Origin: Camelus dromedarius
Lineage: Eukaryota
Assembly (NCBI RefSeq): GCF_036321535.1
Contig: NC_087437.1
Span: 111,912,001 to 111,976,000, forward strand
Reading direction: 5' to 3'
Length of the DNA stretch: 64,000 nucleotides
The position numbers and the translations under genes are program-made. Numbering within the stretch: the first letter of the stretch is position 1; every line of letters begins with the position of its first letter. The notes under the pieces were generated by a model. It was not told the origin of the DNA, did not search any database, and saw only the letters and a program-made list of their open reading frames with translations. This document shows, piece by piece, positions 11,331 through 24,235 of this stretch.

Positions 11331-12222
11331 TTCAATTTTATATCAGAATGGTAGTTACCCTCTTTATTGTTATTTTGCCTATAATTAATATGGCTATCTT
11401 AGATATTTTTGGTTTATGTATTTTTCTCTTATGTCCTTATTCATCATTTTTCTTTGACTAATCTCTTATCCATATGTTTTGAATTTATCTTTTGTCAATA
11501 GCATATAGCTACATTTTTCATCTAACTTGTTTTAATGGGATACTTTGATCCATACTAATTTTATTTTCAGTATATTTAGATTTGTTTTCGTCATTTTCTC
11601 CACATAATAGATTTGTTTTTTATCCCAATCACACATCTTCTATTTTTATTCTAAACTTTCTAAGGTTGCTTTGCCACAGTCCATCAGGGCATACCTGATA
11701 ATGCTCGGCATTCCAAATTTGGCTGTCAAAAATCTTAAGCCTTTACTCTGAGTTTTGGGTTATCAGTTCATCTCTATTTTGAAAGTCATTTCTTAATAGC
11801 ATATTTCCAAAACAAGATTACCAGACTCCCAGATCAGGAAGTTTGCTAATATGAGCATCTATGTAATCTGAGTCTGAATGGGACTGAATTAGGTGAAGCT
11901 TTTGACAAAGGAATCATAACATGTAAATAAAAATGGGGAAAGTACCAGTAATAATGGGGGAAACAGCGGATCGATCACGAACTGAAAATATTTTTATTCC
12001 CCTTTCCTGTCCATCTTATGTTTCTGGTGATTTCCGTAGGAAAGAAGAGCCCACTTACATGTTTTTTTTTTCAATTCACTGAAGTACAACTTTTAAAGTA
12101 GGAAGAAGATTAAAAGTTTTCCCGGGAAAGCTTAAATGTAATTCAGCTTAAAAGTGAGATGGTGCTATACACATTTAATCCACCGTTAGCTCAGGAAAAT
12201 AAACAGAAGCATTGCTTTTTCG

Positions 12223-12239
12223 TGCACTAGATGGCAGTG
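12223..12239 (+). promoter_or_regulatory. Candidate CTCF binding site
   Basis: tGCACTAGATGGCAGTg matches the CCASYAGRKGGCRS core with one mismatch, in non-repeat DNA. Confidence 0.5.
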
Positions 12240-13249
12240 TTTCTCTGCAAACCAAACCAGATTTACAGGCTTTTTGACAAGCTAGCCGGCTCCCCTAGGA
12301 GGTGCCCAAGCTTTCCCAGTAGCTTTCCCAAAATAAGAAGCCAAATTAGAAGTGGTCCAACTTCTATTAACTGAGGAAGGAGAGATGCTGATGGTCCCCT
12401 GAGGCTTGTGACTGAGTTAGAACTAGGAAGGAAAGAGAGTGAGTGAAAGAAGAGAGGGTTTACTTAATTACAGCAAACACTTCACTGAAACACAACGGGA
12501 AGCAGACGCCTTTCTGAGGAAGTGTCTTTGGCCCTAACTTTGGATTTGAAAATGTAATTTGCTCTCCTTCTCTTTGATGGTCTCTCTTCACAGGCTTTCT
12601 TCATCCAACTGTCTTGGAAAGAATCTGAATAATAGTGCAGCTTTAGGTCTCCGTATGACTCAGCTAGGAATCAATTCACCTTATGAGATGCTTAATTTGT
12701 TACATCATTGTGCTTCTTAATTAAAAAAAAAACTTTTTTTCTAGAATTTCCAAAAATTTCTTTTAGTCTTGTCACTTTTCATCAATAGACATTAATGGAG
12801 ATAATTCTAAGTTCAAAAAGTTGTGCTAGCACTTTGGTAACTATAAAGAAGTACTTGGTAAATATTGAAAAAGTGCTATTACTCTGCTGTATAAGCATAT
12901 TGGGTTGTCAAAAATGGCCACCTGTCTATGAAGGGGCTGTGTTTTTAAATTTTTGGAACTCAAAATACTTTTTCTAATTAATATGTTTTCCATGGATGTT
13001 AGTTTTCTGAATTAAGCCATAATATTCCTACTAAATATTTTTATTATTTTCCTTTATCAATAAGGTAATCTATGACTATTTTCAAAAATAGAAATAGAAA
13101 TAAAAATATTTTAATCACCCCAAATTCCATCCCCAGAGATAACCACCGTTAACATTTTGTTCTCAATATTTTTCTGTTCATTACAAAAATTTGTCATAAT
13201 TTTAATCATTAGGAGCATTCGCCTTCATCAATTAAAATTCTTCAAACAT

Positions 13250-13445
13250 GCGGACTCTGGAAGAGAGACTGCCGGGTTTGGTTTCTGGAACTAATATGGA
13301 GTTTGGTCTCTTTTTCTGCAAAGCGGAAGTAACGAGAATCCCTCCAACACAGGATTATCTATAAATGAAACTATACAGGAAATGTGCCTGGCACAAAAGA
13401 AATGCCCAATAAATGTTAGCTTTTATGCTGTTATTACCATTATTA
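13250..13445 (+). mobile_element. MIR SINE (degenerate)
   Basis: gactctggaagagagactgccgggttt...gtgcctggcacaaaagaaatgcccaataaatgttagc. Confidence 0.6.
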
Positions 13446-13689
13446 CATAAACTTGTCTATTCTAAAATCATGATTTAAAAAAAAGTTTAGGAAAGTCAAA
13501 GGAGTATAAATAAGAACATAAAAATCACATATAATCTCACTACACAGAGATGATCATTGTTAATCTTTCAATTCTTTTTTAATGGTTTTCTTAAAAAAAA
13601 TCCAAGTATGCATCATACTGTATGGTTTTGTTTGCTGCTATTTTGACTTACCATTATCTCACCAAAAAAAAAAAACCAACAAAAAAAAA

Positions 13690-14420
13690 GCCTGATTTTA
13701 TTGGCTGCAAAATGGTCTATTTTAAGGAAGTATTATAGTTAACTATTTCCTTGTCACTGGATGTTTGAGCCCCTTCCAGTTTTTTGCTGTTATAGACAAT
13801 GATATGATGAATATTCTAGATATAAAGCTTTATCTGTATTTGGCCTATTTATCTAGATGAGTGTCATAGAAGTTGAATTATTGAGTTGATGTATATGAAC
13901 TGTTTTTTAATTCTCGATATACACTGGCTAATTCTTTTTGGAACATTTGAACTAATTTGTATTTTCTCCAGCCTCAGTGAGAGTGCCTGTAACTTTAAGT
14001 ACACTCCTATTTTGAATTTTGGCTAATTTGAAAAGTAAAAAATGCAATTTCATTTCACTTGGCATTACTTTGGTGAATGATTGGGTAAGACTTTTTTTCA
14101 TATTGTCATCTGTTCTGTGAAATATCTTTTTCCTTTGTCCATTTTCCTGTTGAGGTCTTATTTTTTTCAAGTCAATTTGTATCAGCTTTTTATATAAAAC
14201 ATATACTAACTCATTGCCATATTCATAGTAGTTATTTTTGAAATGTAGTTTACTTTTTATTAAGCTGACAGTGGAATATTCTTGCAGGAAAGAAAATTTG
14301 AATTTGTTTGCAATCAGATCTGTTTAATTTGTGGAGGAGGGGTGTGAATTTCTTCTTTTGATCTTATGCTTGAAAACATCCTTCCTCACCCAGAGATCAA
14401 GTCAAATTTTCTTCCACAAT
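13690..14420 (-). mobile_element. Old L1ME-like fragment
   Basis: ttccagttttttgctgttatagacaatgatatgatgaatatt...tgtgaaatatc...tttgtccatttt L1 antisense motifs. Confidence 0.6.
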
Positions 14421-15054
14421 TAAAAAGGGGTGAGACTTTGAGACTGTGTGACTCTCCTGTTCCCCCAACAAACTTTGACCCACCGGCTTTGATATCCATT
14501 GATAGCTCTTGACCGAATCAATTTATTCATTGATAATTGCAATATATAATTAATTCTTAAAAATTTAACAATTTTATTCCATATGGACTTTGGTTTGACT
14601 ACAATATGAGAGGAAAAGTTAAACTGATTATACTCCTTCCAAGTATGGATATTAACTTTTTATTAGTTTTTTTTAATTAAAAAAGTTACATGTGTGATAA
14701 AAATGCCAAGAGTTAAAAAAAGAAAATACAATAAAAGTAGGTTCTCTTCTCACCCTGTCCTTCAGTTCCCCTCTTCAGAGTTAATCAGTGCTACCTGTTT
14801 CTTATATAACCTTCCAGAATTATTCTAAGATACAAGTTCAAGCATGCGTGTGGGCAGGTGTGTGTGTGTGTGTTCACCCATTTTTATTTACATCATGGAA
14901 ACACACTCTACATACTGTTGTGTCCCTGGCTTCTTTCTTAGCATTTCTGAAGTCTGTTTCTTATCAGTCCATTAGGGACTACCTCAGTATGTTTTTTTTT
15001 ATGACAACAAGAGAGTTATATTTGAAAGATGTAAGATTTATTGGACCTATTTCT

Positions 15055-15228
15055 TTTTTCAAAATTTTTTAAATTTTTGAAAATAATTTTAAATGTTTTT
15101 CTGGAGGGGTAGGTAATTAAGTGTATTTGTTTTTTGACTTATTTTAATGGAGGTACTGGGCATTGAACCCAGGACGTCGTGCGTGCTAAGTGCGTGCATT
15201 CTACCACTGAGCTATACCCTCCCCCACC
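15055..15228 (-). mobile_element. tRNA-derived SINE (Vic-1-like)
   Basis: ggaggtactgggcattgaacccaggac...ctaccactgagctataccctcccc; TSD ATT(G/T)GACCTATTTCT at 15040-15054 and 15229-15243. Confidence 0.92.
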
Positions 15229-15967
15229 ATTTGACCTATTTCTAACTTCAAAATAGACTTTCCTGAGCTGGACTGAGGATGTGCCATGCCTTATTTTCAC
15301 TTTACTGTGGGAATAGATGTGGACCCGGGAGCATTTCCAACCCCCACGAGTAGGTAAGCTCACTGAGGGCACTGGTTCTCTTCTTCTCTGCCGTATCCCC
15401 AGTGTCTATCACTGGAGTATAAATCAGCCCCTTGTGCTCCCTAAAACTTCTCTTTTTCAGCCCTCATCCTCAACTTGTAGCCCCGAATGGATGAGCGCTT
15501 TGACAAATCTCCTTTTCCTTGCCCCACTGGAGGCGTCTTTGTACGGAATAGTGAGGGTGATAGCTTGGAGCCGCCCAAACAAGTGGGATAATTAGAGAAT
15601 TGCAACAACTGGCCTCTGAGGGGCTGAGCATAAGTGCAGCTTCTTCAGTGTCAGTTTAAGAGCACACCACTGGGCATGACTACTGGTCCTGACCAGTAGC
15701 TGCCATTCTTGCTCATCCCAGTCTCCAACTATGACCTCTGGTCTTTGGAACACCCAATGCCCATGATTTTTGACCCAACCTGGACCTGTAATCCATTGTA
15801 GCTCTTGGTTCATCACTACTTCCCACCCCCCTCCTATCCTCACTTCTTTCCTTGACTGGCTTCAATAGTCCCATCAGGATATTCAGAGAAAGGGGAGAAC
15901 AGGGTGGAGATGAGGAGTCGGAGAATGTGGGACTCACACTGATCCTTTGGTGAATGAAACATCCTGT

Positions 15968-16352
15968 TGTGTGGGTGTGGGGGCTGCTGTAACAAGGCCC
16001 ACAGACTGGGCAGCTTCAACAGCAGAAATTATTTTCTCACAATTCTGAAGACTAGAACTCCAAGATCAAGGTATCAGCAAAATTGACTTCTTCTGAGACC
16101 TCTCTCCTTGGCTTGTAGGTGGCTGTCTTTTCCCCATGTCTTCACATGGTCTTCCCTCTGTGCATGCCTGTGTTCTAGTCACCTCTTCCTATGAAGACAC
16201 CAGGCATATTAGATTAGGGGCCACCCATGTGACCTCATTTTAACTTAATTACCCCTTTAAAACATAGTCTCCAAATATATTCAAGTTCTGAGGTTCTGGG
16301 GTTAGGACTTCAATATACGAACTTGTGGGGGGGCATAATTCAGCCCATAACA
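15968..16352. mobile_element. MaLR solo LTR (MLT1A/B/C-like)
   Basis: gggctgctgtaacaa...cacagactgggcagcttcaacagcagaaattattttctcacaattctg...ggggttaggacttcaata...cagcccataaca. Confidence 0.85.
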
Positions 16353-16890
16353 CTTGGAAAGGTGTGGGGAAGGGGAAAGAATGCTCAGGGGAAAAAAACA
16401 GTGTGAACAAACACCTGGCCAAGAGTGAGCAGGGTTTGGTGAGCTCGAGGGGGTCGTCCTGGCAGCCTGGACTGGAGAGGAGGGTTGGTTGGAGCTGGGG
16501 AGTCAGGAAGAAGGGCGAGGGAGCAGGGGAGTGGGCCAGAGCATGGTGTGGGGGGGTGCAGTGGTGGTGGTAGTAGAGTGGAACAAGACATGATGGAAGT
16601 GACATTTTAGGCAGGTCAAGGTTGTCTTATATTAATGCATGTAAGAGGGGACCTGAGATGGTGAAGGAAGAGACAGGAGGTGTGTGGGAGGAATATGACT
16701 GAAAGGAGATGCTAAAGACTTGTGAAATAACTTGAAGGAGGAAATAATAAGACTTGGAGACAAAGGGCATAAGGAATGGGGTTGGAGTCGGGGTGCGGAG
16801 GAAGCAGAAAATTTTCTAGTTGAGGAAGTGGAATGTAGGAAGTGCCAGGCGGCAGGAAGCTAGATGACGTTCTCCATTTAAAAGCAGTAT

Positions 16891-17182
16891 TTTTTTTAAC
16901 ATTTTTTATTGATTTATAATCATTTTACAATGTTGTGTCAAATTCCAGTGTTCAGCACAATTTTTCAGTCATTCATGGACATATACACACTCATTGTCAC
17001 ATTTTTTTCTCTGTGAGTTATCATAACATTTTGTGTATATTTCCCTGTGCTATACAGTGTAATCTTGTTTATCTATTCTACAATTTTGAAATCCCAGTCT
17101 ATCCCTTCCTACCCTCCACCCCCCCGGCAACCACAAGTCTGTATTCTCTGTCTATGAGTCTATTTCTGTCCTGTATTTACAC
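16891..17182 (-). mobile_element. Young 5'-truncated L1 3' end (camelid-type)
   Basis: T-tract then aacattttttattgatttataatcattttacaatgttgtgtc...ggcaaccacaagtctg; perfect TSD TAAAAGCAGTATTT at 16879-16892 and 17183-17196. Confidence 0.9.
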
Positions 17183-17194
17183 TAAAAGCAGTAT

Positions 17195-17419
17195 TTTTTT
17201 TTAATTTTATTTTTTTTATTGAAGTGTAGTTCATTTACAGTGCTAGTTTCAGGTGTACAGCAAAGCGATTCAGTTATACATATACATACCTATATATGTT
17301 TTCAGATTCCTTTTCATTATATGTTATTACAAGAAATTGAATAGAGTTGCCTGTTATTACAGTTGGTCCTTGTTGTTTATTTTATATATAGTAGTGTGTG
17401 TCTGTTTATCCCAAACTCC
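17195..17419 (-). mobile_element. Older L1 3' end
   Basis: ttttattgaagtgtagttcatttacag...tttcaggtgtacagcaaagcgattcagttata...tatcccaaactcc. Confidence 0.85.
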
Positions 17420-19844
17420 AAAGCAGCCTTTAACCTTACTGTTATGAATTCTCAGAATTGGAGAGCTGAGAAAGGACCCCAGAAGTCATTTAATCCACTC
17501 TCTTCATTTTGTCCATGTGGGCCAGGCCTGTTTGATGACAGCTTGTATATAGTCAACTCCTATTTTAACGTTCCCTCTAAATGCCGCAGTTCTAAACATC
17601 ACAAACCCCACGGAAACTGATTGCTGTTTAGCCCATTACAGGGAGGAGTTCACTCCACCAGGAGATGGGGCCTGGGGCCTGGTGCTGCCCCAGTGGTCCC
17701 CCCCAGTGATGCCCCTCAGTGGTCCCCCACAGTGGACTGACAAACTAGGCAGTCACCAGGCCCATCACCTTTTCTGCCTCGAGGCTGAAAGCTGAAGGCC
17801 AAGCAGGATGGCCCCTGGAGGTCCCTGCAGCCTTGAGACCTGGGGCCCTGGCAGGCCTGGTCACCAGTGCCCGTGGCTCCACTACCCCATCTGTGTCCTC
17901 ATACTTTCATGAGTGAACAATAGCTTCAACATCCTACCATCTATTTAAGAGATAAGGTTTCAGATTTGAACAGGAGAAACCCGACTACTTAAAATGACGG
18001 GAGAGCGCAAACATGGAATCAGATCTTTCACTCAGAGCTAAGACTAAGAAGGGTACAAAGGATGAGAAGAGAGGAGGCCACAGGCATCCGAGATAACAGG
18101 GGAACTAACCCCTGCTTGCCTGCTGCACGTGGCCTTTCAGCCCTTCTGTTTCCAGCTCAGAAGCTGAACCTGGAAAAGCGGGCAAAGCCAAGTCACCGCC
18201 TGGCAGATGGTGAAGGGCTCCAGGCCGAGGTGTCCTAATGAACCTGGCAGAGCCGGGGCCTGGAGCAAGGGAAGCGCCCTCCTCCGGCTCTGGGTTCTCC
18301 CCAGAGGGTTGCACAGCTCTCTCGTATTTTATTGTTGTCAACAGCATTATGCTCCAAAGGTGTCCGTGTGGTTGCAGGTATAGCAAACAATCACAAATAA
18401 TTACTCACTGCTATTTTTCCTTCAGAACCTTCGTATCAGCCACACACTCATACTGAGCCCAGCAGATTCAATCCAACTGTAAAGGTAAAAATAAAACTGT
18501 CCCTACAAAACCACACTTCTCTGTAGAGTATCGCTATTATTTTCTTTGTGATTTCATGCCATAACTTATTTTTCCCAGGGCTAACTTAATTCTGTAAATT
18601 ATTCACCACCACGTTCAACATAGGCTAGTCATCCACAGTTCAAGATCAAACTGTATTTTGTAATTTGCTCTATTTATGAAACAATTAATGAAACAGATTT
18701 TTGTTTCAATTTATTTCAAAGTCATCTCCAGTTTTAACAGACGTTTTTTTTTCATAAGACTCAAGTAATACTCACCAGGAAGAAATGACAATTTTTTAAA
18801 GCCATCAAATTGTAAATAAAACTTATATTATCATATATTATATATAAATTATATATATATATTTCAAATTAATTTGCCATAATATGATATTAATTTAATA
18901 TAACTTCTGTTTCTTTTTGCAACTAAAAATTACATTTTAATAGCATCTATTTCAGTAAGGGAGGACTAGTATTTTAATTGTAAGTTTTTAAAAAGAAACC
19001 TTATGAAAAGATTCTGAGTTTTTAAAACATTAAATGTTTACCTAGAATCATTTGCAATTATCATAACTCAAACACTGCCTTTCTAATATTTGTGCTGGAT
19101 GCTTAGGAATGAAATGGAAATCAATAACAAAGCATAGTAAGTTCAGATGATTAATACATTCACTATGTTGTTACATCTTCTGGAAAAGGAAGGAGTGCAA
19201 ATTAATATGGAACTGTGTGAGAATAATATAAAAATCCTTCTTAATAAACCACAGATTTTAACAAGCAGAATCTGCAACCTGAACAATAAATTTTCTCTAT
19301 TTAAATAAGATGAGAACATTTTCATTTTTACTTGACAACTTTTTTACTTGGTTAATTGTTACTTTACATTGTTAGAATTTATAACCAGAAGGCAAAAATC
19401 AAAGAAACAGAAAATTACATTAAACCTATTTACCAACAAGCTAATAAATGATAGCGCATTGTTTATTTGTGTATTTTAAGGCTTAAGAAAAGAAAAAGAT
19501 TCATTACCTGGAGCAAGCAGAAAATCTGTTTTCACTGATTAGCTCAAATGGCAGAGAATTTTTAGATCACGTTTCATCTTCATTGCCTGCCCACGTGAAA
19601 TGACAAGTAGCAGGATTTGCCCTTATTTTTCATTGCTATGCAATGAAAATGGGAGCACGCATTTCAGAACCAAACTGTTGCATGATTGAGCTATAGCTAA
19701 ATACTGTTGGCCTCAATGGTCCCCAGCCCACTCAGCTCTTCTGCAGTCACAGAGCCCCTCCCTCCGGTGGGTCCAGCAGCCTCCTGACTCTCTCCCCCAA
19801 ACAAGATGCAGATCCATCATCTCCTGGGGAGGCTGCTTGGGTCA

Positions 19845-20345
19845 GGCATGTGCACAGCTTTTGGAGTCAGACTTCAGCTCATCCTGCTCTGCCATCAGCC
19901 ACCTGGGTGATTATATTTCCCTGAACCTCAATGCCATTCTATAAGCCAGGGCTTAAGTAGGACTGACCTTTCATCTGCAGAGGCTGGAGGACTGCATGAG
20001 ATAACAGAAGTAAACATAAGCTTGCCACGTGCTTAGTGGATACAAAACAAAATGCCATTTTATGTAGGCTTCTAGGCTTCAAGAGGATTTCACTTGGCTC
20101 CTGTGATCTTACACAATTCACATGTCTTCTCTGAACCTCAGTGTTTTCATCTGTAAAATGAGCCCATAAGGCTCAATCAAGACAGGGAATTGAAAATGCT
20201 TTGTAAATGGTAAAGCATTAAATAATGTTACAAACGTACCCTTCCACACCCATTTTTCTTGCTTTATCTTGGTGAGCAAGGAAATACTACATTCCCACAA
20301 ACGAGGAAATTGAGGCTCAACTATGTTAAGGTAAAGTCAAACAGC
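19845..20345. mobile_element. MIR SINE fragments
   Basis: gcttttggagtcagac..., ctctgaacctcagtgttttcatctgtaaaatg, gaggaaattgaggctca cores. Confidence 0.65.
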
Positions 20346-20359
20346 TAGGATGCAGCCCA

Positions 20360-20560
20360 AATATTATAATTATAATGCTATCCTTAAATGTTGTACTCAA
20401 ATGCTACAATATTAATATTATATTCAAATACTAATACTCAAATGTTGTACGATTGGTACCATACTCAAATAATATGCTACAGTACCAATAGTCACATATT
20501 ATAATGCCATACTCAATATTACACTCAAATACTAATACTCACATATTACGATACTATCTT
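20360..20560. repeat. Degenerate AT-rich minisatellite (ACTCAAAT-based)
   Basis: ACTCAAAT or one-mismatch variants recur about 7 times; TCAAATACTAATACTCA is exact at 20424-20440 and 20525-20541. Confidence 0.65.
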
Positions 20561-21549
20561 TTGAGCTTTCTCATAGTTATCTTTCTGTTTTGTGATTTGC
20601 CGTTTATTTCCAAGTTCTGTCTCCAGGAATGGGTGTTCAGGAACTGAAGTTCCTCACGGTAAGGGAAAGCTGAGCTCAGTGACTGGGCACTAAATGCTTT
20701 AGGTGGACCAGCTCCTCATGTCTGTGTTCTGCTGTCATTGATCTAAGGCAGGACAGTTTTTACCTCCTCTCTCAAGACCTCCCCCATCACTCCAGGCTAC
20801 ACAGTCTCTCCATTTCTTCATCTCCTGGGATGCATAGAATCAACACTACCAGGTTACACAACACTACAGAAAAGGACCAGGGATGCAGGGTCAGGTATCA
20901 GATGTGGATAAACCATCCACCCTCGTGGAGGGACGCATTTCCAGAAAACAGCTGAAACTTGGGTTCTTGGTTTTTGAGAGCTCATTGACTATAGACTCCT
21001 ATAAACACGTTTATTCATAAGGGTAGTTTAAGCTTAAGTTGGTTCCTCTACATGCTATAGTCACCCCCCACCTAGCTACTTTGGGGGAACTTGCATTCTT
21101 ATAAAAATGGTCTTAATACTGTATAAAAGCTCACTTATTGACAAGTGGAGAAGCCGTCACACACAAGAGGACTTATTTTCCATAAGGGAAGACATGAAAA
21201 ATGTTCAGGCTTCACCAGCACTCAAACAATGGAAGTGGCAGCAACTTATATAACCAGCCAACATGTTCCTAATGTGAAAGCTTGCTGTGTCCATGAGGCT
21301 TTGGCAAAATGCGATCTCCACTCATAGCCAGTTACAATGTAAATTGGTTCAGGTCATTTGAAAATCAGGTGGCAATTTGGATCTACGATCTAATAAAAAT
21401 GAGTAAAAATGTTCCTGTTCTTTTTGATCCAGTCATCAGACTCCCTGGAATCTCTCTGAGGCAAAGAATTCAACAGAAGTTGAACACTGTGTGTCTGAAT
21501 ATGTTCACTATCATCTTTATTGTTAGGACCGAACATTTGGTAACAAGCT

Positions 21550-21745
21550 AATAATAACTACCACTTGCGTGGGCTTGGCAGCCCAGGAACAGCCTCCATG
21601 CACAGGGTCTCCTTTGATCTTACAGTGGCCCTGGGACGTAGATGCTCTTCCCTCCCTTCACAGATGAAGAAACTCGTTTTCAGAGTGTTTAATGTACACA
21701 GATCACGCTGCTGGAAAGAGGCAGACCGGGGCTGAAGTCCTCTCG
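21550..21745 (-). mobile_element. MIR SINE
   Basis: ataataactaccacttg...cttcacagatgaagaaact...gctggaaagaggcagaccggg. Confidence 0.6.
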
Positions 21746-23249
21746 CCTATAGGATTACATCCTTTTTATGTCCAGCAGTAGGGTAAAGGTTAACTATATG
21801 AACTTGATGAAATAATTATCTAGGCACTAAAATGATCATTATGAAAGCAACATGGCAGTATTAAACAATACTGGCCTGAAAATAACCAAAATACAAAAAT
21901 CCCATCTTTGCCACGACTATTGCATAGAATTAGACAGCCACAGCCAGTGAGGACTTAGAAGAGGAAGGAAGAGATGAAAATCACTGAGAGGTTCCCTTTT
22001 ATTTTAGGGCCACTGTGTTCATAGTTTCATATTGCTCAGAACCATCTGGCACCCTTAGCTCTTTCATGGCATCATAATTTTCATAGGAAAAATAATAGAT
22101 GTAGAAAATGACTCCACTGGGTTGTACTGCCTTTGAGAACTCTGAATATAAAGGTGCCTGGAAATCAAAATCAGGCTTTTCATGGAATTATGGATCCCGA
22201 GAGTAACAAAGGCCTGTGAAGGATGGGCCAGTGCTGGTCACAGGGGCAGTCGCGAGTCCCCTGGACTGGCTGTTTCATCTCAATGACACTTATGAAGGGA
22301 ATCTTGTGTGGCGCAAGGGGAGGCGGGGACTCGTTGTGAGGCTGACAAAAGAGGGCTGGTCTCGTCAAATGGAATCAGGCTCTGGGAGGCTGGGGGAGCC
22401 TCCATTGTCCTCAGCTCCAGCGATTAAATGCCGGATTAAAGAGGAAACATTCCTTCCCCCGGCCCCCAGCCCCCAACCTCGGCTCATCGGGCCCATTCAC
22501 AAGGCTCCAACCAAAAAATATTGACGAGGGGTGCCTTCTATTCATCTCCCTCACAGCTGACACTGCCACCCAGACAAAGGGGCTTCAGGAGGTTAATTAA
22601 AACCAGGTAATAGAAGGAATAGAGGACCAACACTTCAAAAAATGCCACAGCGGCTCCGGGACAGGGGAAAAGACATATGGTGTGAAAGCTCCTCCTGGAC
22701 ACAGCTCCACTCTCACGCGGTGTCTGTAGCCGGTACTCGGTGATTTTCTCGTGCTGATGCACGTGAGGAACCACTTTCTCCCCGTTTTTCACCCTTCTCC
22801 TGACCAAGCACGCTGTGTCTTACTCTAGCACGTTTCCCACCTTTTCCAGACAAGGCATGTTGCATCCGGCAGCGTCCTCTGCTGCCTCCTTATCAAACTG
22901 ACATTTGATGACGTTTGCTACTTAGTTCAGTTCTCCCTTATTACCCTGGCCATCCACACAGGATCTGCCAGGATGCCATCAGACCAAGCGAGTATCTTGG
23001 GCTAAGCTTGATATTCCCTCAGTCTGCGTTCCAGGTCTCAGTAGGTGGGACAGAAATATTGAAAGATCAGGGAGATTTATGGAAGTACTGCCTGGACTAA
23101 AGGGATATAAACATTAGCTCCTTTGCCTAGGCCTAAATATTCATTTGCTTTTTTAAAGGAAAATGTATTCTATAGTGCCTTCCAAATAGGAGGCACTCAG
23201 TAAGCACATGTTATAGGCTGAATCAATGAGTGACTTAGGGAATCAAAGC

Positions 23250-23460
23250 ATAAACTCTGAGGCCACATTCCCTGGACTTTGTCACTTACTACTTGTGCAA
23301 CATCAAACAAGTCACTTAAGCTCAGTTTCCTCATCTGAAAAACAAAGATAATGATGATGATGTTGACAGTACTTTCATGACAGGGCTGCTCTGAAGATTG
23401 AAAGTATTAATGTATGCAAAGCTGTTAGATTAGCATCTGTCACAGAATACATGAGATATA
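23250..23460 (+). mobile_element. MIR SINE
   Basis: caagtcacttaagctcagtttcctcatctgaaaaac...tgaagattgaaagtattaatgtatgcaaag. Confidence 0.7.
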
Positions 23461-23467
23461 AGGGTGA

Positions 23468-23563
<96 letters not shown>
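23468..23563. repeat. Compound trinucleotide microsatellite (ACT)n(ATT)n
   Basis: Perfect repeats directly visible; located at a MIR tail. Confidence 0.97.
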
Positions 23564-23679
23564 TGCTTCCAGCAAATACATTCTAGAGGTATAGTAACAG
23601 CATCCCCCTTCCTACAGTGCCAAAGAGAATAGAAACATCAGTACAGAGAGGGACAATACTATTTCTTTATATTGTATTC

Positions 23680-24235
23680 TTAAGTACAATTCTAAAAAAA
23701 AATTAGCATATAGAATTAAGCAGTTTGTAAAAATGCAAAAAGCATAGGAATGCAAGGATAGTTTGACATTATGAAATCTGATATCAAAATTCACTGTATT
23801 AATAGGTTATAGGGCAAAACCCCCATAATTTTGTTTTTGGTGGCCAAAAGAGTTTTTAATCAAAATTTAACAGCTATTTTTTATTAGGCTGTTAGGAATA
23901 GATCAGGGACATAATAAGTTCACATACACATATTAGTTAAAAAGTATCATGATGCTTAAGGGCAAAATGCTAAAAGATTTTCCCATTATCAAAGACAATA
24001 TTGACCACTTATGGAAACTAATATTTAATATTATTCTAAAAGTACTAGCCAATGCAATAAGAAAAGAGAAGACAAGAGAAACAAACAAACAAAATCTATA
24101 AATATGAGGAAGGAATTATTTGCAGATTATATATTTCTAAAATTCATAAAAATCAATTGAAAAGCTGTTAGAAACAGGATGACTAAGTAAAGTTACAAAG
24201 TTAGTTATATAAAAATTAATAGGTTTTCTACAAGT
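23680..24235 (+). mobile_element. Highly decayed L1 ORF2 fragment
   Basis: aattagcatatagaattaagcag, ggaatgcaaggatagtttgacatt, gtactagccaatgcaataagaaaag, attatttgcagattat motifs. Confidence 0.65.

Noticed and set aside
17687..17737. Short CCCCAGTGGTCCC-like tandem as a CRISPR or other functional array
   Set aside because: Only about 4 degenerate adjacent units with no spacers, in a eukaryotic context.
23375..23581. Poly-N/poly-S ORF
   Set aside because: Read-through of the (ACT)n(ATT)n microsatellite.
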